A stretch of DNA of 58,601 nt from Thermoplasmatota archaeon. Its GTDB lineage: Archaea; Thermoplasmatota; E2; DHVEG-1. Every line of letters starts with the position of its first letter. Position 1 is the stretch's first letter. The stretch lies in NCBI GenBank assembly GCA_036626215.1, contig JAZKSG010000003.1, forward strand, positions 1 to 58,601, written 5' to 3'. This document shows positions 28,698 through 38,535 of the stretch, in pieces. Below the pieces are notes generated by a model that was not told the DNA's origin, did not search any database, and saw only the letters and a program-made list of their open reading frames with translations. The position numbers were made by a program, and so were the translations under genes.

Positions 28698-29723
28698 TTA
28701 GATTATATTTTTCTTCTTGAAGTACAGGAAGTAAAGCAAGACAGCTGCTATAGCTATGATTATCAACGTTACAACTATTGCAAGTTCTAAACCTGAACCT
28801 ACTGCGAAACCTCTACTCTCGATTTGGAACTGTTCTGAATAAGTTTTACCGGTCCATTCTGGGTTACCAGGTTCTCTAGCATATGTTGGAGTAACCTCGA
28901 GCTCTATGGTACCTACATCATAGTGATAACCAAAGGTTTGAGGAGGTTTAACGTTTACTGCTACAGAGGCAGTACTTTCACCATCATATTGTTTTGATCC
29001 AAGTGTCACAGTTGTAGGAACAGTTACAACCCAACCTTCTGGTTTGTCCACTACCTTCAAAGTAACTTCGGTTTCTCCATTACCTAAATTTTTAAGTTGA
29101 ATATCGAAATCTGCAGTGTCGTGCGGTGAAACTTGTTTATAATGGCTATCTGAAACGATGCTGATAGATGAGAGATATCCTGGATCAAAAGTAAAATCTT
29201 GTGTAATAGTCATTGGTTTAATGTTATATGCAACACCAATGTTTTTTTCTTTTAATTCAGCTACTATGGTACATTTTCCACTTCCAAAAGCAGGAGCGTT
29301 TTCGTTTACATCGATTTTAAGAACTGCAGTGACGGTATCTCCATTTAGGAGGGCTTTTGGTTGAACTACGTTTGTTTGGAATTCAGCAGTGAACCATTCT
29401 GCAGAAGATTTTGCACTTAAGTAGATTTCAACATTTTGACCTGCGAGTCTACTCTCGGCGGCAGATGCCCAGAATCCTGAAGTTGAGTAAGTTATATTTA
29501 TAGGCACCCTTCTGTCACCTGTTATAGGTTTTACTGGTTTCTGAAGTGCTGAACTTGAAGCTGTAATTTGAATTACAGAATCTATTTTTATTGGTCCAGC
29601 TGAGGCTGCAGGAACCATCGCTACAAATATACCTGAGAAAAGTATTGATATCATTAGGATGGCTTTGATGTTTTTCAGTTTTTTATTCATTTTTCTTATC
29701 ACCATTATTCTTTTTTTATTCAA
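28698..29723 (-). CDS. Secreted Ig-like surface protein, paralog of 27588..28565
   Basis: Signal peptide; LKNLGNG..VVDKPEGW, P.TFGYH.D; C-terminal TM + KKK. Confidence 0.75.
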   Translation of the reverse strand: MNKKRIMVIRKMNKKLKNIKAILMISILFSGIFVAMVPAASAGPIKIDSVIQITASSSALQKPVKPITGDRRVPINITYSTSGFWASAAESRLAGQNVEIYLSAKSSAEWFTAEFQTNVVQPKALLNGDTVTAVLKIDVNENAPAFGSGKCTIVAELKEKNIGVAYNIKPMTITQDFTFDPGYLSSISIVSDSHYKQVSPHDTADFDIQLKNLGNGETEVTLKVVDKPEGWVVTVPTTVTLGSKQYDGESTASVAVNVKPPQTFGYHYDVGTIELEVTPTYAREPGNPEWTGKTYSEQFQIESRGFAVGSGLELAIVVTLIIIAIAAVLLYFLYFKKKNII

Positions 29724-29948
29724 TATATATTTATTTTTTTCTATTATTTAAAGATTGTTGTACATTTCTTTCTTTATACAATATCCATACAATATTTATA
29801 TATTTACTTCTTTATATAAAAGTTTTTGTTTTTTACAGAGCTTTTATTTATATACCTCAAAACTTTTTTACTATAACGACAAAAAAACAGATTCAGAATT
29901 AATTACAAAAAGTAGAAAAAGAAACGTTGAATAACAAAAAATCTAAGT

Positions 29949-30299
29949 TTATTCAACCATATCTATATCTGTATCGGTTTCAGATGTCTCTTCCTCTTCT
30001 TCAGATTCCTTACGAGTAGTAACCCTATCTGGGAAATGAGAAAGGATTACAATATCGCCAACGGAGTTAACCCATCTATATGGCACTGCTACATCAACAG
30101 TTCCCTCAACTAATGAAGGATTAGTATTAGTCACCAACAAACTGCTAACACATTTTTCATCAAGGTCAAGAAAAATATTTCTAACGTGTCCAACATATTT
30201 TCCTTCACGCGTATAAACTGGTAATTTCAGAAAATTTGTTATCTCTTCTTCATTAACGTTAGGGGTAGTGTTTTTTTCCATCATGTAACCAAAATACAT
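29949..30299 (-). CDS. PRC-barrel domain protein (CdpB1-like cell division factor candidate)
   Basis: VYTREGKYVGHV..I.LD, VPYRWVNSVGDIVIL. Confidence 0.8.
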   Translation of the reverse strand: MYFGYMMEKNTTPNVNEEEITNFLKLPVYTREGKYVGHVRNIFLDLDEKCVSSLLVTNTNPSLVEGTVDVAVPYRWVNSVGDIVILSHFPDRVTTRKESEEEEETSETDTDIDMVE

Positions 30300-30383
30300 T
30301 TACCTATATTAAAATGTGATGGTAAAATTAAAGGCGAAAACTCTTTTTTCCAGTATCTCTATGCATGTTTTAACTGAAAAAAT

Positions 30384-31535
30384 ATGAAAACAGAAAAGAA
30401 AATTAATCAGATAATAAACGATTTAAAAAAATATAAAAAGGAAGATTATTCTTTTTCCAGTGGGCGAATACTTGGCTCGATGTGTACAACACCTCTACCT
30501 ATTGGTAGAAAAGCATATCAGATGTTTTTAGAATCAAACCTTGGCGACCCAGAACTGTTTTTAGGATCTAAACAAATTGAAAACAAGTTGTTTGACTTTT
30601 ACGGTAAACTTCTACATGCACCTAAAAAATTTGCAGGCATCATCGGTAGCGGAGGAACAGAAAGCAACATTAACAGTATATGGATTGCTAAAACACTCTC
30701 TAAAAAAAGTAAAATTCTTGTGCCTGAAAGTGCTCATTTTTCGTTTGAGAAAATAGCTTCTCTGATGGATATAAAAACACAGATGATATCGTTGAATAGT
30801 GATTCCACCGTGGACGTTGAAGATTTAAAAGAAAAAATTGATAATAAGACTGCTGCGGTTGTAGGGATAGCTGGAACTACTGAACTTGGAGCTGTTGACC
30901 CTATACCGGATATGGGAGAAATATGCCAGGATTATAATGTATGCTTACATGTAGATGCTGCGTTTGGAGGATACGTCCTACCGTTTTTGAAAAAGATAGG
31001 ATACCAGGTTGACAATTTTGATTTTCAGGTTGATGGAGTTAGCAGTGTTTCTATAGATGCCCATAAGATGGGTTGTTCAGCTATACCCTTAGGTGTGTTG
31101 CTGGTTAAAAACAAGGAATGGTTGTCTAATATAAGCGTAGCTTCTGACTGCGTTAGCAGTGAAAAACAAATTGGTATTTTAGGTACGCGCTCTGCTGGCC
31201 CGGTAGCTTCTGCATATGCTATATCTGAATATCTTGGTTTTGAAGGATATCAAGACATCGTAGAAAATTGTATGAAAAATACTTTTTTTATAGAGGAAAA
31301 ACTAAGAGCTATGGGGCTAGAATTGGCATGTGGGCCTACCATGAATGTAATTGGAGTTAAAATGAAGAAACCTGACGAAATCGCTAAAAGGTTATCTGAG
31401 GAAGGTTGGAAAGTAAATATAATGGAAAGGATTTCTTGTCTGAGATTGGTTATTATGCCCCATATTGGTAGAGAAGATTTAGAGTTATTTGCAAAAGATT
31501 TTGAAAAAATATGTAGAGAGGAAGATGAGATATGA
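30384..31535 (+). CDS. mfnA: PLP-dependent L-tyrosine/L-aspartate decarboxylase (MfnA family)
   Basis: ILGSMCT, NLGDP.LF, GGTESN, HVDAAFGG, IDAHKMG. Confidence 0.92.
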   Translation: MKTEKKINQIINDLKKYKKEDYSFSSGRILGSMCTTPLPIGRKAYQMFLESNLGDPELFLGSKQIENKLFDFYGKLLHAPKKFAGIIGSGGTESNINSIWIAKTLSKKSKILVPESAHFSFEKIASLMDIKTQMISLNSDSTVDVEDLKEKIDNKTAAVVGIAGTTELGAVDPIPDMGEICQDYNVCLHVDAAFGGYVLPFLKKIGYQVDNFDFQVDGVSSVSIDAHKMGCSAIPLGVLLVKNKEWLSNISVASDCVSSEKQIGILGTRSAGPVASAYAISEYLGFEGYQDIVENCMKNTFFIEEKLRAMGLELACGPTMNVIGVKMKKPDEIAKRLSEEGWKVNIMERISCLRLVIMPHIGREDLELFAKDFEKICREEDEI

Positions 31536-32089
31536 ATAGGTTAGAAGAATCTTTGAAAGATGCCCCCGTAGTTAAAAAAGGTGAATATAGCTATGTTATA
31601 CATCCTATAACTGATGGTATACCTGAGATAAAACCAGATTTATTAGAAGAGGTAGGAGATGAGTTGTATAGGTTGATAAAAAACAAACCTAGTTTTGATA
31701 AAATTGTTACCTTGGAGGCTATGGGTATACCTCTTGCTTCTGTTTTATCTCTTAAAACAGGTAAACCTTTTACTATTATCCGTAAGAGAAGTTATGGTTT
31801 ACCCGAGGAGATAAGTGTGGAGCAGATGACTGGTTATTCAAAATCTAGGCTTTTCATCAATGGTTTGAAAAAAGATGATCGAGTTGTATTGGTTGACGAT
31901 GTGTTGAGTACAGGAGGTAGTCTAAGAGCGGTGCTGTCTGCTTTTAAAAAAATTGGTGTAAAAGTTGTAGGTGTTCTTATAGCGGTCAATAAGGGTAATG
32001 CCGCTGAAGATATCATAGAAGAGTTTGATGCAGATATAGATGTGCTTGTCGATATAGATGTTGTTGATGAGGAAGTTGTGATTAAATAG
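31532..32089 (+). CDS. hpt: Archaeal hypoxanthine/guanine (purine) phosphoribosyltransferase
   Basis: HPITDG, EAMGIP, TGYSK, VDDVLSTGGS. Confidence 0.88.
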   Translation: MNRLEESLKDAPVVKKGEYSYVIHPITDGIPEIKPDLLEEVGDELYRLIKNKPSFDKIVTLEAMGIPLASVLSLKTGKPFTIIRKRSYGLPEEISVEQMTGYSKSRLFINGLKKDDRVVLVDDVLSTGGSLRAVLSAFKKIGVKVVGVLIAVNKGNAAEDIIEEFDADIDVLVDIDVVDEEVVIK

Positions 32090-32149
32090 TTATTAGTTTG
32101 TGGAAAAGTATTTCAAACCCTGGTTAGATAACAACAAAAGAAGAGTTAG

Positions 32150-32368
32150 ATGGAGTTGATTTGTAGAGATATGGTTAAAGTTGATCAACATAGTCACTGT
32201 AAAATTTGTGGGAAAGCTATACCTACTGAGGAGACTTTTTGTTCGAAAGATTGTGAAGAGCAATATCAGAATATGTATAAAAAACGTAAGATGCTGATCT
32301 ATGTGATGTATGGTTTGATTGTTTTTATATTAGCTGTCTTCGGAGTTTCTCTCTTAGGTGGAGGATAA
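32150..32368 (+). CDS. DUF2116-like Zn-ribbon membrane protein
   Basis: H.HCKICGKAIP..FCSKDC followed by a C-terminal TM. Confidence 0.85.
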   Translation: MELICRDMVKVDQHSHCKICGKAIPTEETFCSKDCEEQYQNMYKKRKMLIYVMYGLIVFILAVFGVSLLGGG

Positions 32369-32383
32369 AAAAAGCAGATTTTT

Positions 32384-32545
32384 TTATTCAGAAAATTCTT
32401 CTTGTAGCTCAATAACCATTTCGGTTACAACGTCTTCAAAAACCTGGTTACGAAATTCTCTTCTGGTACCATCTGACATCAGTGCTCTGGCTACAAAATC
32501 TCGACCATCTTTAACTATCTCTATGTTACATACAGTTTGTTCCAT
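32384..32545 (-). CDS. Small acidic hypothetical protein, 53 aa (not in ORF track)
   Basis: MEQTVCNIEIVKDGRDFVARALMSDGTRREFRNQVFEDVVTEMVIELQEEFSE; GAGGGGG SD upstream; similar to 22766..22969. Confidence 0.75.
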   Translation of the reverse strand: MEQTVCNIEIVKDGRDFVARALMSDGTRREFRNQVFEDVVTEMVIELQEEFSE

Positions 32546-32704
32546 TTTTCTGTTTTTTTTACCCCCTCAATCTTGTCTATATTATTTACGTTTTACATTT
32601 ATATTTTTTGTGGACAAAAGTTTTAAAACTCTTTGCAAGCATTACTGCTGTGTAGATTGTAATTGTTTGTAATAAAAATCTAAATTGGGGTGAGGTTTTA
32701 ATCT

Positions 32705-33583
32705 ATGGATGTTAGAAAACCATCAGCAGCAGGTCAGTTTTATCCTGCCGATGAAAAACGTTTAGAGCAAAGTATAAAAGAATGTTTTATGGATGAAAGA
32801 GGACCAAAAAGGCTACCTGAGATTCAAGAGGGAGATAAAAACGTTAGAGGGGTAGTAGTTCCTCATGCAGGACTTCCTTTTTCTGGTGCGATAGCCGCTC
32901 ATTCGTTTCTGTTTCTCGCTGAAAACGGTTTTGCTGATAGTTTCATAGTTTTAGGTCCAAATCATACAGGGATGGGTTCTGGTGTAGCAGTTATGACTAA
33001 AGGTGGTTGGGAGATGCCTTTTGGTAGAATCCCTATAAATCAAGATTTTGGTGAACAGCTTGCTCAAGGCAAAATAATTGATGAAGATGAAAAGGCACAT
33101 AGTAGGGAACACAGCATAGAGGTGCAACTTCCTTTTCTTCAGCATATAAAAAAACAGGACTGGGATTTTGTCCCTATCTGTATGGCTATGCATGATATGA
33201 AAACCTGTGAAGAGATAGGGAGGTTTATAGCAGAGATAATAGAGGAATCTGATCGTAAAACAGCTATTGTAGCGAGTAGTGATTTCTCCCATATAGGTAT
33301 GAACTATATGAGTATGCCTCCAGCAGGAATGCGAGTAGATGAATACGCGGAGAAACAAGACAAAAAAGCTATTGAACCAATATTAAATCTTGACTCTGAA
33401 GGGTTGGTTGAAACCGTAGAAGAGGAAAACATTAGTATGTGTGGCTACGGACCAGTTGCTGCGATGATGGTTGCAAGTATAAAACTTGGTGCAGAAAACG
33501 CTGAGCTTTTCAAATATGGTTCTTCTTATGAAGTACATCCAGGTCAATCTTGTGTTGGCTATGGAAGTATAGGTATATACTAA
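32705..33583 (+). CDS. MEMO1 family protein (AmmeMemoRadiSam protein B)
   Basis: AGQFYP, VPHAG, GPNHTG, EHSIEVQLPFLQ, SSDFSH, SMCGYGP. Confidence 0.94.
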   Translation: MDVRKPSAAGQFYPADEKRLEQSIKECFMDERGPKRLPEIQEGDKNVRGVVVPHAGLPFSGAIAAHSFLFLAENGFADSFIVLGPNHTGMGSGVAVMTKGGWEMPFGRIPINQDFGEQLAQGKIIDEDEKAHSREHSIEVQLPFLQHIKKQDWDFVPICMAMHDMKTCEEIGRFIAEIIEESDRKTAIVASSDFSHIGMNYMSMPPAGMRVDEYAEKQDKKAIEPILNLDSEGLVETVEEENISMCGYGPVAAMMVASIKLGAENAELFKYGSSYEVHPGQSCVGYGSIGIY

Positions 33584-33649
33584 AAAAAATGGTTTTTTAT
33601 CAAAAACATTAAAAACACCTTTTTTTTAGACATCTTTGAGAACTGCGTT

Positions 33650-34600
33650 ATGAAAAAACAACCCGTTGAAGATATAAAAATCAGTGAAGAATTATCTGTC
33701 GACCAGTTTATACGGCAGCTGAAATCATCAGGTGGTTTTACTGCTAAAAAAGTTGGTAAAGCCGTTGACATTGTAGAGGAAATGGTGAATCAGGATGATT
33801 GTATCAACTTTTTATCATTCCCCGCCTGCATCGTGTCTACAGGTACACGTGGAGTTATAAAAGAGCTGCTAAAGAGAGATCTTTTTGATATAGTTATGAC
33901 TACTTGCGGCACTTTGGACCATGACCTTGCTCGTCTTTGGAAAGACTACTATCACGGGCATTTTATGGTTGATGATAACCAGCTTCATCAGAAAGGAGTG
34001 AATAGACTTGGCAATATTTTCATTCCAAACGAATGCTACGGTAAAGTTTTGGAAGAAAAAATGCAACCGATTCTAAAAGAAGTATGCCGGGATAAAAAGA
34101 AATGGTCTACCAAAGAACTAATTTGGAAATTCGGGGAACAGATAAAAGATGAAGAAAAAGCAGAAGAATCAATAATATATTGGGTCTGGAAAAACAAGAT
34201 ACCTTTTTTTGTCCCCGGAATAACTGATGGAGCATTTGGATCTCAGATATGGATGTACTACCAACAAAACCATGATTTCTTTTTTGATTTATTGAAAGAT
34301 GAACAAGATATATCAGACATGGTTTTTGATGCAAAAAAAACTGGTGCATTAATAGTCGGCGGAGGGATATCTAAACACCACACTATCTGGTGGAATCAGT
34401 TCAAAGATGGATTAGACTACACAGTATATATAACCACTGCCCAAGAGTTTGACGGTAGTCTTAGTGGAGCAAAGACAAGAGAAGCTATTAGCTGGGGTAA
34501 AATTCGTGAAAAATCAGATAATGTTACAGTAAATGGTGACGCCACTGTTTTACTTCCATTGATCGTTGCCGGTTTATTTGAAAGAGTGAAGAAAGTTTAA
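33650..34600 (+). CDS. dys: Deoxyhypusine synthase
   Basis: NRLGNIF, GGGISKHH, DGSLSGA..EAISWGK. Confidence 0.96.
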   Translation: MKKQPVEDIKISEELSVDQFIRQLKSSGGFTAKKVGKAVDIVEEMVNQDDCINFLSFPACIVSTGTRGVIKELLKRDLFDIVMTTCGTLDHDLARLWKDYYHGHFMVDDNQLHQKGVNRLGNIFIPNECYGKVLEEKMQPILKEVCRDKKKWSTKELIWKFGEQIKDEEKAEESIIYWVWKNKIPFFVPGITDGAFGSQIWMYYQQNHDFFFDLLKDEQDISDMVFDAKKTGALIVGGGISKHHTIWWNQFKDGLDYTVYITTAQEFDGSLSGAKTREAISWGKIREKSDNVTVNGDATVLLPLIVAGLFERVKKV

Positions 34601-34621
34601 AAAAAGTTAATTAGAATTTTT

Positions 34622-35461
34622 TTATTTCCAGAAAAGAGCTTTCATGGCTCTCTTTATGTTTTTTGGAAGTTCTGGTGGTTTCTCACCGTTGTAAAGATCT
34701 ATAGCTGCGTTTACATATGTTTTAACTGTTTCGTTGAAGAACCATCTTCCATAGTCAGCATCTGCCCTAGCTGGGCTACCTACATATCCCTCTTTCAATC
34801 CGAGTTCTTTAAAACTTTTACCCAACGCTCTCAGAGAACTCAGATCACGATAAATACTCTGAAGATCTTTGTAACCGCTGTCGATAAGATATGGATATTG
34901 ATATTTCATCAATGAGGTTTCACGGAAACCAGCATGTACTTCCTTACTGGTGTCAAAACCCAGTTTTGGTTCATTTTTTTCAACCAGATTGTTATGGAAA
35001 TAAGGCCCCCATGGTTCACACATCAACATGTTGAATTTAGATTCGATTTTGTCCATAGCGGAATAAATACCTTTAAGATGCATCATCCCCATGTGGTATG
35101 TACAGATCATCATATATTTGAAACCATGTTTTGCCATAGATGCGGCGGTATGATAAACTACTTTTTTTACAGTTCTACTAGGTGTATGTATGCTGCCCGG
35201 GAAATCTTCAGCGAAGTCACATGAGCCAATGGGTAAAGCAGGCATAAGTACACAATGCAGCTCTGTTTTTTCTTTTAGTATTTTTTCAGCTGCTTTTTTA
35301 GCTGCTTCTTTAGAAGTAAATAAATCAGTTCCAACGGGTAGATGAGGACCATGCTCCTCTAAGGGGCTTATCGGTTGGAAAAGAATTGTTTTATCTCTTT
35401 CTAGCTGATCTATTTGTTTCCAAGTTAAATCTTCAAGTTTAACAACCTTATTTTTTTTCAT
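34622..35461 (-). CDS. Creatininase/ArfB/MftE-family amidohydrolase
   Basis: EEHGPHLPVGTD, FPGS, HAGFRETS, GYVGSP. Confidence 0.85.
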   Translation of the reverse strand: MKKNKVVKLEDLTWKQIDQLERDKTILFQPISPLEEHGPHLPVGTDLFTSKEAAKKAAEKILKEKTELHCVLMPALPIGSCDFAEDFPGSIHTPSRTVKKVVYHTAASMAKHGFKYMMICTYHMGMMHLKGIYSAMDKIESKFNMLMCEPWGPYFHNNLVEKNEPKLGFDTSKEVHAGFRETSLMKYQYPYLIDSGYKDLQSIYRDLSSLRALGKSFKELGLKEGYVGSPARADADYGRWFFNETVKTYVNAAIDLYNGEKPPELPKNIKRAMKALFWK

Positions 35462-36363
35462 ATCTTGGTAGTCACCTCACAACCATCTTCTGTCACAATC
35501 ATAGTGTGTTCCGTCTGAGATACTATACCGTCTTCCTGTTCAATTAACTGAGGGTAATGTTTCAGCATACCTAGGAAGGATAGTCTTTTTAACATGTTTT
35601 CATTTTCATCTGAAAAATGTTTGGTGAAATCTCGAGATGAAAAGGGAAGTGCATTAAATTTTTTTCTGATTTTTTTGTAAAGAAGTTTGTATTTTCTACG
35701 TCGAACCATTTTTGACCTAATAGATTCCGTGACTCTGTATATGTTGCTTCCATCTCCGCTATTTACATGTCCTTTTCCATCTGTTGCGAAAGGTTCAATA
35801 GCTAAAACCATGTCTTCTTCTACCTCTGAACCATAGCTTGTAGTGACGTTAGGGATGGAGACACCTGAATGTAGATTATAACGTTCCATGCTGTGGCCTG
35901 TTAAATTATCGATTGGTTTGAAACCAAATTTGTTTATAGTTTTCTCAATTTTTTTTCCTACATCTCTAAGGTTTAACTCTGGTTTTATCATAGCTATAGC
36001 GTTTTCAAGGGCAGTAGAAGAAGCTCCTATCAAACTGTTATAACGGTTTGCTTCAACTTCAACAGTAGCTGCGGTATCTCCTATGTAACCATCTACATGG
36101 GCTCCAACATCGATTTTTACTAAATCTCCTTTTTTGAATACATGTTCATCGTTGGTAGATGGTGTATAGTGAGCTGCTTTTTCGTTTACCGCTATATTAG
36201 CTGGAAAGGCTAAACTTGCGTTGTTATCAAAAATTTTTTGTTCTATTTTTTCAGCTACTTCATGATAGCTTACACCTGGTTTAATCAAATCTAAACCAAA
36301 TTCTCTAGCTTCCCCTGCTATTCTACCCGCTTTCATAATTTTATCATAAACAAGGTCATCCAT
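35458..36363 (-). CDS. map: Methionine aminopeptidase type II
   Basis: AAHYTP, DVGAHVDGYIGDTA, NLTGH, AIEPF, QTEHT. Confidence 0.96.
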   Translation of the reverse strand: MDDLVYDKIMKAGRIAGEAREFGLDLIKPGVSYHEVAEKIEQKIFDNNASLAFPANIAVNEKAAHYTPSTNDEHVFKKGDLVKIDVGAHVDGYIGDTAATVEVEANRYNSLIGASSTALENAIAMIKPELNLRDVGKKIEKTINKFGFKPIDNLTGHSMERYNLHSGVSIPNVTTSYGSEVEEDMVLAIEPFATDGKGHVNSGDGSNIYRVTESIRSKMVRRRKYKLLYKKIRKKFNALPFSSRDFTKHFSDENENMLKRLSFLGMLKHYPQLIEQEDGIVSQTEHTMIVTEDGCEVTTKI

Positions 36364-36961
36364 CGTTGTTGATCACATCCAGAATATCATCTTTGGATAT
36401 ATCTCCCTTTCTTAATACCCTCGGTTTTTTAAAAGTTATATCTACAACTGTAGATGGAGATGCTTTTCTTATTCCATCATCTAAAAAATATTTTATTTCC
36501 TCTGAACCCAACTTTTCTTTTATACTTTCTACATAATGTTCTGTAGACTCACCATGAATATTAGCGCTCGTAGCAGTTAATGGACCAAATCTAGAAACTA
36601 TTTCTAAAGCTATGTCGTCATCAGGGATTCTAACCGCAACGCAGTCTAAACCACTGTTAACTAAATCAGGGATACATTCTTTTTTCTTCAAAACCAATGT
36701 TAACTCACCAGGCATAAAAAAATCAACTAGTCTCTTAGCTTTTTGATCAACAAAAGCAACATCTTCCATCATATCTAAACTAGAAACTGCTACAGGTAGA
36801 GGATTAGAATAATCTCTTTTTTTAACATTGTAAACTTTTTTTACTGCATCTTCATTAAAAACATCTGCACCTAATCCATACAAAGTATCGGTTGGATAAA
36901 CTATCAAATAACCGTTCCTCAGGGCTTTTAAAGTAGCATAGATATCTCTTCCTATAGTCAT
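36356..36961 (-). CDS. tsaC: L-threonylcarbamoyladenylate synthase (TsaC/YrdC domain only)
   Basis: YPTDTLYGLG, K.R..NP, VRIPD, TSANIHG; no SUA5 C-terminal domain. Confidence 0.92.
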   Translation of the reverse strand: MTIGRDIYATLKALRNGYLIVYPTDTLYGLGADVFNEDAVKKVYNVKKRDYSNPLPVAVSSLDMMEDVAFVDQKAKRLVDFFMPGELTLVLKKKECIPDLVNSGLDCVAVRIPDDDIALEIVSRFGPLTATSANIHGESTEHYVESIKEKLGSEEIKYFLDDGIRKASPSTVVDITFKKPRVLRKGDISKDDILDVINNDG

Positions 36962-37001
36962 AAAGATAACAACAAAAAAAATTGTATGAAGCTAAAAAAC
37001 T

Positions 37002-37490
37002 TTACTCCTCTTCTTTAATGAAATCACCAAGAGTCAAACCTCGTTTAGAGCCATCAGCAGATGGAGTTTCCGAAACCTCTTTAACTTCTTCCATCAGATT
37101 TATATCTAATTCCTTCTCCAACTTTTTAATCGTCTCATCAGAAGGGCGAAGATCTCCGTTTTCAATTTTACCTATCGTAGTAGTTCTTTCACCAACTTTG
37201 AAACCTAACTCCTCTCTACTTAGGCTTTTTTTCTGACGAGCTTTCATAATCCTTTTATTCCAATCAGAAACAAGATCTTTTTCTAAACCTTTATCTTTGT
37301 ATACATCCCTATACACAGGTTGTTTTTTAATACGAGAAAAATCAGGTTTACTCTCACCAGAGGATTTGGTTAAATCTTCTTTAACTTGTTTTCCATGTCG
37401 TTTTATACAACCTGGGCAAAGCATCATTCTTACTCCATCGACAGATGCAGGTCTACAATCACATTCTCTGCCACAAAGTTCGCATTGCAT
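37002..37490 (-). CDS. mbf1: Archaeal multiprotein bridging factor aMBF1
   Basis: N-terminal CELCG..CPGC Zn ribbon, Cro-type HTH, C-terminal TLGD. Confidence 0.93.
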   Translation of the reverse strand: MQCELCGRECDCRPASVDGVRMMLCPGCIKRHGKQVKEDLTKSSGESKPDFSRIKKQPVYRDVYKDKGLEKDLVSDWNKRIMKARQKKSLSREELGFKVGERTTTIGKIENGDLRPSDETIKKLEKELDINLMEEVKEVSETPSADGSKRGLTLGDFIKEEE

Positions 37491-37582
37491 AAAAACACAA
37501 TCATCTCCACTTTTTATTTCATAATCATCTAAATTATGAATTTATGTATGTTTTTATCAAACCATAATAGAGCCAAGTTTTT

Positions 37583-38452
37583 TTAAATTAAACCTGCCTT
37601 CTGAAGAGTCATCAAATCCTCAGTACTAAGCTTTTCACCGCGTTTAAACCGCTCATATATCTCGTTAGCTTCCTTCTGCGTAGTCTCTTCTCTAACAGCT
37701 TTTTTCTTTTTACTCTCTTTTTTCCGCATAGAAGCAATATTTCTCTCTAAATCATGGATTTTATCTACGGTGTTAATAAAATCTTTATGTACTTTATCTG
37801 CCTCGATTTTGGTTCTAACAATTTCTTCCTGTACTTCGTCAACTTTTTTTGAAGTATTATCTACTTTTTGGATGAGAGAAATCATTTTCTGATGTTCATC
37901 TTGGGCACGTGAAGCCAAATTTTCCACTGTTTCATGTTGTTTTTCAGCTTTATTTTTTAAAGCTTTTTCTTCTTCAATTGTTTTTTTAAGCTGAGGATCT
38001 CTATTCAGTTTTTCTTCCTGTTTTTTGATTTTAGATCTCAATTCAGATATAGTTTCAATCAATTTTTTTTCTTTTTGAGGCTTCATAGGTTTGGTCATCT
38101 GGTCTTTCTCTAGGGCATCAGCCTTTTTTTTCATAGAGTTAAGGTCAGAGCCAGAAGTAGAAGATCTTTCTTTTTCTAATTGTTTCCTCTTTTTCTTTAT
38201 CTCGTTTTGTTTTTTATTTAATTCGTTTCTTTTTTCTTTAGCGTGTTGAACTCTTTCGTTTAACTCGTTTCTTTTCTTTTTATGTTCATTTATCTCGTTT
38301 CTAATCTTTCTAACTTTAGAGTTCAACTTGTCTCTTTTCTGAGAGAGATTTTTTGATTTTTCATGTAAATTATCTCTTCTTTCTTTCAACTCGTTTGCTT
38401 TTTTCTGCAAATCATCTTTTTTCTCAGTTAACTCTTCTATTGCCTCATTCAT
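37583..38452 (-). CDS. Archaeal coiled-coil protein (COG1340-like)
   Basis: Continuous heptad pattern; C-terminal GEKLSTEDL signature. Confidence 0.85.
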   Translation of the reverse strand: MNEAIEELTEKKDDLQKKANELKERRDNLHEKSKNLSQKRDKLNSKVRKIRNEINEHKKKRNELNERVQHAKEKRNELNKKQNEIKKKRKQLEKERSSTSGSDLNSMKKKADALEKDQMTKPMKPQKEKKLIETISELRSKIKKQEEKLNRDPQLKKTIEEEKALKNKAEKQHETVENLASRAQDEHQKMISLIQKVDNTSKKVDEVQEEIVRTKIEADKVHKDFINTVDKIHDLERNIASMRKKESKKKKAVREETTQKEANEIYERFKRGEKLSTEDLMTLQKAGLI

Positions 38453-38535
38453 TTGTCACACCGAAGACCTCAGCTTTTTCTAAAAGGGTAAAATACTTCT
38501 CATTTATTAATCATTTGGAAGAATATAAGTAAACA

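Noticed and set aside
30384-31535. mfnA as evidence of methanofuran synthesis or methanogenesis
   Set aside because: The family also supplies beta-alanine for CoA in non-methanogenic archaea; no other methanogenesis genes here
32358-32672. 104-aa plus-strand ORF from the track
   Set aside because: Antisense to the better supported 53-aa gene 32384..32545, which has an SD and a paralog
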